A stretch of DNA of 64,000 nt from Pseudomonadota bacterium (GTDB lineage Bacteria; Pseudomonadota; Alphaproteobacteria; Rhodobacterales; Rhodobacteraceae). Location of the stretch: contig JBCDKL010000001.1 in assembly GCA_038746695.1 (NCBI GenBank), positions 28,451 through 92,450 of the forward strand. Direction: 5' to 3'. A program made the translations under genes and the position numbers. Positions 38,066 to 46,960 of the stretch are shown here, piece after piece; within the stretch, counting starts at the first letter, position 1; the number at the start of each line of letters is the position of its first letter. Under the pieces are notes generated by a model. It was not told where the DNA came from and made no database searches. It saw only the letters and a program-made list of their open reading frames with translations.

Positions 38066-38923
38066 TCAGACCCAGCTGGGGCGTTTGGTTGCCTGCAAAA
38101 GCGACACGCCGGCTGTCGCTGAACCGGCAAGCGCAAGGGTCGTGTCGCGGAGCATCGCGATTCCCTCCTCGCTGCGCGCGGGCAGGGCGGCAGCAGAGAT
38201 CGGTTCGCGAATGGTGACCTGAAAGGGCTGGCGGTCCTTATTGAGGGTCTCATGGAATAGAGTGATGTCGCGCAAGGTCGGGTGGATCAGGTCAAAGAGG
38301 TAAAAGAGAACCGAATTGCGCGCCTGAATGTGGATCGGGATGACCGGCACGTCGAATTTGCGGGCGATCATCGCCGCTGAGGCCATCCAGGGCCGCTCAA
38401 AGAGGCGCAGACCCCGGCGTTTGGCCAAGCGGCCGGAGGGAAAGATCACGCCTAGCCGCCCCTGTCCAAGGGCCGTGCGGGTATAGGCCATGGTCTCGCG
38501 GGTTTTGGTCATGCTGCGCTTCTCGCGCCGCCACTCCACAGGCGCAATCAGCTGGGTCATCTGCGGCAGCACCCGGAGGATGTCGGAATTGGCATAGAAA
38601 AACAGATCCGGACGGATCGGCGCCAGCGCATGATGCAGGATGATCCCATCCGCAATCCCGGTCGGGTGGTTCGCCACAATCAGCGCGCCGCCATGCCATG
38701 GGATGTTCTCTAGGCCGCTCACGCGCACCGACCGGGCCAATTGCGCGCCCATGGTTGCCATTATCTCCGGCGCGGGTTTCGGGGCGAGCCGTTCGCCCAA
38801 GGCCACGGTGCGCGGATAGCCCAGCAAGTCTGTCAGCGCGCGCCGCGCCACAGCCGGGCCCAGCCCGTTGTCAAACAGCCACGGGGCACGTTCAGCAATC
38901 AGCGGATCGAGTCTCTCCTGCAT
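38066..38923 (-). CDS. Lysophospholipid/glycerolipid acyltransferase (PlsC/OlsA-like)
   Basis: NHPTGIAD (HX4D) and IFPSG motifs; start taken at MQERLDPLI. Confidence 0.85.
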   Translation of the reverse strand: MQERLDPLIAERAPWLFDNGLGPAVARRALTDLLGYPRTVALGERLAPKPAPEIMATMGAQLARSVRVSGLENIPWHGGALIVANHPTGIADGIILHHALAPIRPDLFFYANSDILRVLPQMTQLIAPVEWRREKRSMTKTRETMAYTRTALGQGRLGVIFPSGRLAKRRGLRLFERPWMASAAMIARKFDVPVIPIHIQARNSVLFYLFDLIHPTLRDITLFHETLNKDRQPFQVTIREPISAAALPARSEEGIAMLRDTTLALAGSATAGVSLLQATKRPSWV

Positions 38924-39046
38924 AGGCGCGTTTGAGCAAAGCTTTGCAACAGGCCTGTGACGTTCGCATCGGCTCGGCGGAAACCGAGGTCTGGCGTTGC
39001 CTGGTATCGGCGATACACTGCACATCGGGGAAGCTGAGAGGGTGCT

Positions 39047-40987
39047 ATGCCGAATAAACGCATCTCCGCTGCAGCGGCAGCGGATCTCATTCGCGATGGG
39101 GATACTGTGACCACGTCCGGGTTCGTCGGAATTGGCGTGCCGGAGGAGCTGCTGGCCGCGCTGGAGACGCGCTTTGCCGAGACCGCAGCACCTCGGGACT
39201 TGACGCTGCTCTTTGCTGCCGGGCAGGGGGATGGCAAGACGCGGGGCCTCAACCGGCTGGGGCAAGAGGGGCTTTTGTCGAAAGTGGTGGGCGGTCATTG
39301 GGGGCTGATCCCCAAGGTGGCTGCCCTGGCGACGGCGGGCAAGATCGCGGCCTATAACCTACCGCAAGGGGTGATCAGCCACCTCTATCGGGACATCGCG
39401 GCGGGGCGACCCGGTACGCTGACCCGCGTGGGCTTGGGCACTTTTGTTGATCCGCGTTTGCAGGGCGGCAAGATCAACGATGCCACGCCTGAGGATATCG
39501 TATCGGTGATGGAGATCGGCGGCGCGGAGCATTTGTTCTACAAGGCGATGCCGATCCATGTGGCGCTCTTGCGTGGAACCTCGGCGGATCCCGATGGCAA
39601 CATCTCCATGGAGCGCGAGGCGCTGGTGATCGACAACCTCGCTCAAGCCATGGCGGCCAAAAACTCCGGTGGCGTCGTAATCGTGCAGGTCGAGCAGATG
39701 GTGGCACGCGGCGGGTTGAATGCGCGGGATGTGGTGATCCCTGGCGCGCTGGTGGATGCGGTGGTCGTGGCCCAACCCGAAAACCACCACCAGACCTTTG
39801 CCACGCCCTATAGCCACGCGTTTTCTGGTCAGTTCCGGGTGGAGGCGGACGCCGCGCCCGAGATGCCGCTGACTGTGCGCAAGGTCATCGCCCGGCGCGC
39901 GGCGTTCGAGTTGCCGATCAACGGGGTGGTCAATCTCGGGATCGGGATGCCAGAGGGGGTCGCGGCGGTGGCGGGGGAGGAGCGGCTCCTACCCCATCTC
40001 ACCCTCACCGCCGAGCCGGGGGTGATCGGAGGGCAACCGGCCTCGGGCCTCGATTTCGGGGCGGCAATCAACACCGATGCAATCGTGCCCCAGGGGGCGC
40101 AGTTCGATTTCTATGACGGGGGCGGGTTGGATATTGCGGTGCTGGGTATGGCCGAGGTGGATCGGCAAGGCAACGTCAATGTCTCGCGCTTTGGACCCAA
40201 GCTCGCCGGGGCCGGGGGCTTCATCAATATCAGCCAGAATGCCCGGGCCGTGGTCTTTGCGGGGACCTTCACCTCCGTCGGGCTGGATGCCGCGGTGAGC
40301 GACGCTGGGTTGGAACTGCGCAGCGAGGGCCGGGTGGCGAAGTTCGTCGAAACGGTGGAGCAGGTCACCTTCTCCGGCCCGCTGGCGGCAGCAGCGCGGA
40401 AGCCGGTCCTCTATGTGACCGAGCGGGCGGTGTTCCGGCTGCGGGGCGATGGGCTGGAGCTGATCGAGATCGCGCCGGGCATGGATCTGGAAAGGGATAT
40501 CCTCGGCCAGATGGCCTTCCGCCCCTATATCGCGCCGGATCTGGCGCAGATGGATGGCCGCATCTTCCGCGCGGATCCGATGGAGCTGCGCGTGGATCTG
40601 CTGCATCTGGATCTGGATGACCGCATGGCGCTTTCACCGGATCGCAAGCAACTCTTCCTGAATTTCGAAAAGATGCGCCTGCGCAGCGCAACCGAAGTCG
40701 CGCAGGTGCGCGACCGTGTCGAGGCGCTTTGTGCGCCGCTGGGCCATCGAGTGGATGTGATCGTCAATTATGATGGCGCTCGGATCGAAGAGGACATCCA
40801 GGAGGCCTGGGTCGCCATGGTCCATGGGCTTGAGGATCGCTACTACGGGACGGTTACGCGGTACTCGGGCTCGGCCTTCATGCGCATGAAGCTCGGCGAT
40901 GTCTTTGCGCGCGAAGTCCGCCCCCATGTGTTTGAGACCGCCGCCGAGGCGCGCGCGTTTTTGTCCGGGGCCAAGGCGTCGTTGTAA
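39047..40987 (+). CDS. Family I acyl-CoA:acetate/propionate CoA-transferase (YdiF/Pct-like) with a C-terminal extension
   Basis: SGFVG, GTFVDPR, NLGIGMP, AEPG (catalytic Glu), GNVNVS and GAGGFINI motifs. Confidence 0.88.
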   Translation: MPNKRISAAAAADLIRDGDTVTTSGFVGIGVPEELLAALETRFAETAAPRDLTLLFAAGQGDGKTRGLNRLGQEGLLSKVVGGHWGLIPKVAALATAGKIAAYNLPQGVISHLYRDIAAGRPGTLTRVGLGTFVDPRLQGGKINDATPEDIVSVMEIGGAEHLFYKAMPIHVALLRGTSADPDGNISMEREALVIDNLAQAMAAKNSGGVVIVQVEQMVARGGLNARDVVIPGALVDAVVVAQPENHHQTFATPYSHAFSGQFRVEADAAPEMPLTVRKVIARRAAFELPINGVVNLGIGMPEGVAAVAGEERLLPHLTLTAEPGVIGGQPASGLDFGAAINTDAIVPQGAQFDFYDGGGLDIAVLGMAEVDRQGNVNVSRFGPKLAGAGGFINISQNARAVVFAGTFTSVGLDAAVSDAGLELRSEGRVAKFVETVEQVTFSGPLAAAARKPVLYVTERAVFRLRGDGLELIEIAPGMDLERDILGQMAFRPYIAPDLAQMDGRIFRADPMELRVDLLHLDLDDRMALSPDRKQLFLNFEKMRLRSATEVAQVRDRVEALCAPLGHRVDVIVNYDGARIEEDIQEAWVAMVHGLEDRYYGTVTRYSGSAFMRMKLGDVFAREVRPHVFETAAEARAFLSGAKASL

Positions 40988-41065
40988 TCCCCGGGGTCGG
41001 GTTTTTCTGCTTGAGTTCCGGGGCGGTTCGGGTGAGGTCGGCAGGATCCAAGGAGCGAGGGGAAG

Positions 41066-41719
41066 ATGCTATACAAGGCGGTGGTGTTTGATCTGGATGG
41101 CACGCTGGTCGATAGCGCGCCGGATATGCGACGGGCGATCAACGGAATGCTGGAGGAACGCGGGCGCCGGACCCTGAGCCTGCCTGAGGCGGTGTCCTTT
41201 GTTGGCTCCGGCGCGCGGATCCTGGTGCAGCGCAGCCTGCGCGCGACTGGCGGGATCACTGAGGAAGACGCTGCATTGGCGCGATTCCTGGAGCTCTACG
41301 AGACCGGGGTGGATCATGAGACGGTGATCTATCCCGGGGTGACGGAGATGCTGGAGGCGCTGCACGGGGCCGGGTTGCCCATGGCGCTCTGCACGAACAA
41401 GCCCGAGGGGCCGGCACGGGTGCTTTGCGGTCATCTGGACCTTTCGCGGTTCTTCCCGGTGATCGTGGGCGGGGATACCCTGCCCGTGCTGAAGCCCGAT
41501 CCCGCGCCGTTGCACCATGCGATTGCCGGGCTCGGGGTCGCTTCGGAAGCGGTGCTCTATGTCGGGGACAGTGTGACGGACTATAAGACTGCCTTGGCCG
41601 CTGGAGTCGATTTCGCCTTCGTAGAAGGCGGGTACCAAAGCCAGCCGATCCCGGATTTTGCGCCGACCTATCAGGTGACGCGCCCGGCGCTGGTGGGGCC
41701 GCTGGTGCTGAACCGCTGA
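41066..41719 (+). CDS. gph: HAD phosphatase, phosphoglycolate phosphatase-like
   Basis: FDLDGTLVDS, TNKP, KPDP and VGDSVTD motifs. Confidence 0.8.
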   Translation: MLYKAVVFDLDGTLVDSAPDMRRAINGMLEERGRRTLSLPEAVSFVGSGARILVQRSLRATGGITEEDAALARFLELYETGVDHETVIYPGVTEMLEALHGAGLPMALCTNKPEGPARVLCGHLDLSRFFPVIVGGDTLPVLKPDPAPLHHAIAGLGVASEAVLYVGDSVTDYKTALAAGVDFAFVEGGYQSQPIPDFAPTYQVTRPALVGPLVLNR

Positions 41720-41769
41720 TTACCGGAGGGTCGGCGCGGCCCATATGTGGCTGCGCGGTTGCGCGCGGC

Positions 41770-42891
41770 TCAGGCGCTGATTTCTGCTGTGTCCTGGGTC
41801 AGGGTCACAGGCATGCCTGTGGCGATCGAGCGTTGGGCAGCCAGACCCATTTCCACAGCGCGCCAGCCATCATAGGCGCTCACCTCAGGTGCGTTAGTCT
41901 CGCCACGCACCAAAGCGAGAAACTTTTGGTGCTGATAGAAGGTCGCGCCATTGTGGTCGCCGGCTTCCAGCAAGGCGGGATCCACCGGAACATCGAGTAC
42001 TTCCGGGCGCTGGGGATTGCGTGGGCTCAGCTCAAGTTGAGGCACCGGGGCGGGGCCGAGATCTGCGGGCCAGAACCGGCCCGGACCGGGCACGCGCGCC
42101 TCGATCTTGCCGTTCGGGCCCACGGCGCTCAGCTCCTCCTGATAGCGCGCGCCTTCGGCATACATGCAGAGCTCCAGCATGGCGCGGGCGCCGCTTTCAA
42201 ATTCGCAGATCGCATAGCCCGCATCGAGGATGTCCGGGGCCTGCCCGCCATAGGTCTCGCCCTGGTGGTTCAGAACCGGCGCGGCGCTTGCCATGATCCG
42301 GGTGGGTTCGGATTTGAGCGCAAAGCGCATCAGGTCGAAGAAATGACAGCATTTTTCGACAAAGGTGCCGCCCGTATAGCGGTTGAACCGGTTCCAGTCG
42401 CCGATTTTTTGCAGGAACGGAAAACGGTGCTCGCGGATCGAAAACATTTGCACGCCGCCGGTCACCGTCTCGAGCCGGTCGAGAAAGGCGGCGATGGGGG
42501 GCATGTAGCGATACTCCATGGCGACCCAGACTGGCGCGGGGTAGCGCGCAAAGAGCGCTTTGACGCGGGGCAGGTCTGCCGGATCCGTGTAGAGCGGCTT
42601 TTCCACCAAGAGCGGCAGGGGGCGCGTTGCGGCGATCTCGGCCACCTGTTCCATATGGCGGAAGTTGGGGCTGGCGATCACCAGCGCATCGAGCGCTGGC
42701 ATCGCCAGCATCTCGCTCAGGCCCGATGCGCGCACTGCTCCGGGCGCCAGCGCAAGGGCGGCGTCGGCCATTTTCTGATCCGGCTCGAACAGCGCGATGG
42801 CCTCGGCCCCGGGCAGGAGCGCGAGATTGCGCAGATGCTCTTGCCCCATCATGCCACAGCCGATCAGGCCGTACCGAATTACGTCAGTCAT
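41770..42891 (-). CDS. Gfo/Idh/MocA oxidoreductase; candidate NAD+-dependent sulfoquinovosidase (GH188/SqgA-type)
   Basis: GCGMMG, EKP, EHRFPFL, EKCCHFFD and DHNGATFYQH motifs; sits in the smo cluster, which has no GH31 gene in the window. Confidence 0.75.
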   Translation of the reverse strand: MTDVIRYGLIGCGMMGQEHLRNLALLPGAEAIALFEPDQKMADAALALAPGAVRASGLSEMLAMPALDALVIASPNFRHMEQVAEIAATRPLPLLVEKPLYTDPADLPRVKALFARYPAPVWVAMEYRYMPPIAAFLDRLETVTGGVQMFSIREHRFPFLQKIGDWNRFNRYTGGTFVEKCCHFFDLMRFALKSEPTRIMASAAPVLNHQGETYGGQAPDILDAGYAICEFESGARAMLELCMYAEGARYQEELSAVGPNGKIEARVPGPGRFWPADLGPAPVPQLELSPRNPQRPEVLDVPVDPALLEAGDHNGATFYQHQKFLALVRGETNAPEVSAYDGWRAVEMGLAAQRSIATGMPVTLTQDTAEISA

Positions 42892-43624
42892 GGGTGTCTT
42901 CCGTTCTTGGGCCCGTCCCGTGGGCCGCTTCGTTCAGGCGTTGTACGTAATGCGCGCAGGTTCCGTCGAACCATGTGCGCGAGTATTCTACGGGGGCACC
43001 GGGTCCGCCCCAGGCGAACCGTTCCACATATCCCGCCAGTGTTCCTGGCGCCGGCAGAGCCTCGGGCGTCCAATCGGGGAAGGGGGCAATCCGCACCCGG
43101 TCCTCGGCGCGCAGGATCGTTAGACCGAGGCGCGACGCGTAGCTGCGATAGAGCGATTCGGACAAGGGTCCCTCATCCAGCCGACCGGCCCCGGCATCGA
43201 GCCAGATCTCCTCGGCAGCGATAGGGCGGTCATCCAGATAGCGCAGCCTGCGGAAGCGGGTCGCCTCTGGGCTGCGACCGAACTCCGGCAGATCCCGGGG
43301 CTTGGCGAGAAAGCCGCGGTCGAGGATCTCGGCTCGGGGCAGCCCGCCACCGCCGAGCCGCTCCAGCCGGAACATCGCATAAACCCCCGCCGCGGGCCCG
43401 CCGCGTCGTACATAGTTCCCCGACCCCTGGATCCTGTGCAAAAGCCCTTGTTCCGTCAGATGGGCCAGCGCCTTGCGCAGGGTTCCCACAGAGGTCCCCA
43501 TTTGCACCGCCAGATCCCTTTCGGGAGGAAGACGCGCACCCTCGGCCAGCCGTCCGGCCGTGATATCGCGGATCAGAATCTCGCTGATCTGCATGTGTTT
43601 CGGGATGGCGGCGAGGGCAGGCAT
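42884..43624 (-). CDS. GntR/UTRA regulator of the sulfoquinovose cluster (SmoD-like)
   Basis: LPPERDLA...SVGTLRKAL...QGSGNYV winged HTH; divergent from smoC. Confidence 0.85.
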   Translation of the reverse strand: MPALAAIPKHMQISEILIRDITAGRLAEGARLPPERDLAVQMGTSVGTLRKALAHLTEQGLLHRIQGSGNYVRRGGPAAGVYAMFRLERLGGGGLPRAEILDRGFLAKPRDLPEFGRSPEATRFRRLRYLDDRPIAAEEIWLDAGAGRLDEGPLSESLYRSYASRLGLTILRAEDRVRIAPFPDWTPEALPAPGTLAGYVERFAWGGPGAPVEYSRTWFDGTCAHYVQRLNEAAHGTGPRTEDTHD

Positions 43625-43652
43625 AGGGGACCGGAATAAAATTGATACAGGA

Positions 43653-43666
43653 TTGATCTACATCAA
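43653..43666. promoter_or_regulatory. Palindrome TTGAT-N4-ATCAA overlapping the candidate -35 of the smoC promoter
   Basis: ttgatctacatcaa; TTGATC-N17-TACGCA promoter-like spacing; an extra TTGAT at 43642. Confidence 0.5.
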
Positions 43667-43714
43667 GGCGGATGCTACGCACAATAAAAATCGCACCTTC
43701 CGGAGACGCTTTCC

Positions 43715-44869
43715 ATGACCGTCGTACCTGTCACCTCTGCCGATCTCGACGCCGCCGAGGTTTCCTGGTTCGCTGCCCTGTGTTCCGACGATTATCGTTA
43801 TTTGGGTGTGCCGGAGGGCGATTTGCGCTCCTCCTGGGCCCATTGCAGCGAGATCGTGACAACCGCCGAGCGGTTGGGCTTTCGCAACATCCTTTGCCCG
43901 TCTTCCTATCAGGTGGGTCAGGACACGCTGAGCTTCGTGGCGGGCTGTGCGCCGATTACCGAGAAGATCAATCTGCTGGCCGCCGTGCGGTGTGGCGAGA
44001 TGCAGCCGATCATGCTGGCCCGCACCATCGCGACCCTGGATCACATGCTGCAGGGCCGCCTGACCGTGAACATCATCAGTTCGGATTTCCCGGGCCAGAA
44101 GGAGCCGAGCCCTTACCGCTATCAGCGCTCCCGCGAAGTGGTCGAGATCCTCAAGCAGGCCTGGACCCGGGACGAGATCAACCATGAGGGTGAGGTCTAT
44201 AATTTCTCGGGCCTGACCACGGATCCGGCGCGCCCCTATCAGACTGGTGGGCCGCTCCTCTATTTCGGGGGCTACAGCCCCGATGCGCTCGACCTCTGTG
44301 CCGAGCATTGCGATGTCTACCTGATGTGGCCGGAGCCCAAAGAGAACATCAAGGGCCGTATGGAAGCCGTCCATGCCCGCGCTGCCGAGAAGGGCCGGAC
44401 CCTCGATTACGGTCTGCGTGTCCATATGATCGTGCGCGACACCGAGGCCGAGGCCAAGGAATATGCCGAGCACATTACCTCGAAGCTCGACGATGAGTAT
44501 GGCCGCGCGATCCGCGAGCGTGCGCTGGATTCTGGCTCGCTCGGCGTGTCCCATCAGGCCAAGAACCGCGATATCGCCGATGAATATGGCTATGTGGAGC
44601 CCCATCTCTGGACCGGGGTCGGGCGGGCACGTTCGGGCTGCGGCGCGGCCCTCGTGGGCTCGGCCGATCAGGTCCTGTCGGAGATCGAAGAGTACAAGAA
44701 GATGGGCATCCGCGCCTTCATCTTCTCGGGCTACCCCCATCTGGAAGAGGCCGAGCATTTCGGTCGCCTTGTCCTGCCCGAGCTGAAAACCTGTTCCATG
44801 CCAGAGGCTTACGGGCGCGTGCCCGCGAGTCCCCCTGCCACACCCCTTGCCGCCGGAGAGCGCCGTTGA
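43715..44869 (+). CDS. smoC: LLM-family flavin-dependent monooxygenase; sulfoquinovose monooxygenase-like
   Basis: MTVVPVTSADLDAAEVSWF...LCPSSYQVGQD...GRARSGCGAA closely resembles Agrobacterium SmoC as I recall it; adjacent aldo/keto reductase and flavin reductase. Confidence 0.85.
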   Translation: MTVVPVTSADLDAAEVSWFAALCSDDYRYLGVPEGDLRSSWAHCSEIVTTAERLGFRNILCPSSYQVGQDTLSFVAGCAPITEKINLLAAVRCGEMQPIMLARTIATLDHMLQGRLTVNIISSDFPGQKEPSPYRYQRSREVVEILKQAWTRDEINHEGEVYNFSGLTTDPARPYQTGGPLLYFGGYSPDALDLCAEHCDVYLMWPEPKENIKGRMEAVHARAAEKGRTLDYGLRVHMIVRDTEAEAKEYAEHITSKLDDEYGRAIRERALDSGSLGVSHQAKNRDIADEYGYVEPHLWTGVGRARSGCGAALVGSADQVLSEIEEYKKMGIRAFIFSGYPHLEEAEHFGRLVLPELKTCSMPEAYGRVPASPPATPLAAGERR

Positions 44870-45759
44870 TGGACCGCACCCAACTTACCGAAGATCTGAG
44901 CCTGAGCCGCATCGTCTATGGCATGTGGCGTCTGGACGAGGATAGCGATACCTCGCCCGCCCATATCCAGGCCAAGATCGAAGCCTGCCTCGCGCAGGGG
45001 ATCTCTACCCTAGATCAGGCAGATATCTATGGCGGCTACGAGGCCGAAGAGCTGCTGGGGGCCGCGCTGAAGGCCGCCCCGGGGCTGCGCGCGCAATGCG
45101 AGATCGTCACGAAATGCGATATCGTGGCGCCCGTGGGCCGCTATGCCAGCGCGAAGGTGAAGCATTACGACACCTCGCGGGCGCATATCGAAGCCTCGGT
45201 CGAGCATTCCCTGAGGCTGATGAATATCGAGCAGATCGACTTGCTGCTCGTCCACCGTCCGGATCCGATGATGGATCACCGTGACACGGGCGCCGCGCTG
45301 GACGGGCTCGTGGCCTCGGGCAAGGTCCGCGCGGTGGGCGTGTCGAACTTCAAGCTCCATGACTGGACGCTGCTGCAATCGGCGATGGACACTCCGCTGG
45401 TCACCAACCAGATCGAGATCAGCCTGACCACCAATGACGCCTTCACCAATGGCGATATCGCCTTCCTGCAGGAGCGGGGCGTGGCCCCCATGGCCTGGTC
45501 GCCCCTCGGGGGCGGGTCGCTGATGACCGGCGACCACACGGCGGGCCAAGCGCTCGATCAGGTGGCGAGCGCCCAGGGCGTGGATCGCGCGGCGGTTGCC
45601 GTGGCCTGGCTTCTGGCCCATCCGGCGGGAATTGTGCCGGTGATGGGGACGAACAAGCTTGACCGCATCGCCACCTTCTCCGATGCCTTGAAGGTGAAGA
45701 TGGACCGCGAGACATGGTTTGCCCTCTATGAGGCGGCCAATGGGGCGGAGGTTCCCTGA
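44869..45759 (+). CDS. smoB: Aldo/keto reductase; 6-oxo-glucose reductase-like
   Basis: YGMWR, DQADIYG, LVHRPD, GVSNF and WSPLGGG motifs; translationally coupled to smoC. Confidence 0.82.
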   Translation: MDRTQLTEDLSLSRIVYGMWRLDEDSDTSPAHIQAKIEACLAQGISTLDQADIYGGYEAEELLGAALKAAPGLRAQCEIVTKCDIVAPVGRYASAKVKHYDTSRAHIEASVEHSLRLMNIEQIDLLLVHRPDPMMDHRDTGAALDGLVASGKVRAVGVSNFKLHDWTLLQSAMDTPLVTNQIEISLTTNDAFTNGDIAFLQERGVAPMAWSPLGGGSLMTGDHTAGQALDQVASAQGVDRAAVAVAWLLAHPAGIVPVMGTNKLDRIATFSDALKVKMDRETWFALYEAANGAEVP

Positions 45760-45760
45760 C

Positions 45761-46294
45761 ATGGCCGATGGAGCAGCCCCGCATATGACCGAGATCACGC
45801 GCCTTGCGCCCTTCACCCCCGGTCCCGAGACCGCCCGGGAGTTCCGCAACGCCATGGGGCGCTTTCCCACGGGCGTGACCGTGGTGACCGTGCAGGGGCC
45901 GAACGGGCCCATGGGGATCACCGCCAACAGCTTTGCCAGCGTGTCGATCGATCCGCCGCTCCTCTTGTGGTGCCCGGCGAAGAAATCGAGCCGGTTCGAT
46001 GCCTTTGCCGGGGCGGATCGGTTTGCCATCCACATCCTCGGACAGGGTCAGATGGAGGTTGCGCGCGGCTTTGCCCAGCGGGCCGATGCCTTCGAGGGGT
46101 TGGAGCTCGACCCGTGCCCCCATGACGTGCCGCTTCTGGCCGACTGCCTGGCGCGGTTCGAGTGCAAAACAGTGCAGACACATGATGCGGGCGATCATAT
46201 GATCGTCGTTGGAGAGGTCCTTGAGGCGGGCTATCGCGATGGCGAAGCGCTTGTCTTCAGTGAAGGAATGTTCGGCCGTTTCGTCGGCCACTAG
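45761..46294 (+). CDS. smoA: Flavin reductase (DIM6/NTAB family)
   Basis: FRNAMGRFPTGVTVVT, TANSFASVS and AGDH motifs; start could instead be 45785. Confidence 0.82.
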   Translation: MADGAAPHMTEITRLAPFTPGPETAREFRNAMGRFPTGVTVVTVQGPNGPMGITANSFASVSIDPPLLLWCPAKKSSRFDAFAGADRFAIHILGQGQMEVARGFAQRADAFEGLELDPCPHDVPLLADCLARFECKTVQTHDAGDHMIVVGEVLEAGYRDGEALVFSEGMFGRFVGH

Positions 46295-46368
46295 GCCCTC
46301 GGGCCAAGAGGGACGCGGAGATGGGGACGCCAAATGATCCCCGCCCGCCAATGGGAGGAGGACGCGCC

Positions 46369-46959
46369 ATGAGCGCATTACTGGCGGTGCTTGCACCGTT
46401 CCGGATCGTGAACGAGGCCGTGTTCAAGCTCGGCCGCGGGATCGGGGTGATCTGCGTGGCCGCGATGGTGGTCGCGATCCTGATCCAGGTGTTCTACCGA
46501 TATGTTCTGAACAATGCGCTTCCCTGGCCGGACGAGGCCGCGCGGTTTGCCATGCTCTGGATGACCGGGTTGATGGCGCCCACGGCCTTCCGGCGCGGCG
46601 GGTTCGTGGCCATCGACATGGTGGTGCGGATGCTGCCCCAGAAGGTTGGCGCGCTCCTGTCGCTGTTTTTGTTGTTCGTGATGCTCTTGGTGCTGGTGAT
46701 CTCGGTGCAGATCGGCTGGTCCGAAGTCACAGGCTTTGGCGGGAAATTCGCCACCGCCTCGCTCTATGTGCCGCTGGATCTAAGCTTCACGGAGTGGTTC
46801 CGGGTGCCGCGCAGTTGGATGATGGCCTCGCTGCTGGTGGGGATCATCATGATGATTTCGGCCAATATCGAGCTGATCCTGCGATCTGTCATATCCCTGT
46901 TGGGCGGCGCGGACACATTGCCGGAAATCCCCGGCGCCGAAAACGTGGGAGCCGAATGA
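46369..46959 (+). CDS. dctQ: TRAP transporter small permease
   Basis: QVFYRYVLNNALPWPDEAARF motif; about 4 TM helices; GGAGGAGG RBS. Confidence 0.88.
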   Translation: MSALLAVLAPFRIVNEAVFKLGRGIGVICVAAMVVAILIQVFYRYVLNNALPWPDEAARFAMLWMTGLMAPTAFRRGGFVAIDMVVRMLPQKVGALLSLFLLFVMLLVLVISVQIGWSEVTGFGGKFATASLYVPLDLSFTEWFRVPRSWMMASLLVGIIMMISANIELILRSVISLLGGADTLPEIPGAENVGAE

Positions 46960-46960
46960 C

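Noticed and set aside
43715-44869. Generic alkanesulfonate monooxygenase ssuD call
   Set aside because: Sequence and context (AKR, flavin reductase, GntR, Gfo/Idh/MocA; no ssuABC) fit the sulfoquinovose monooxygenase subfamily better
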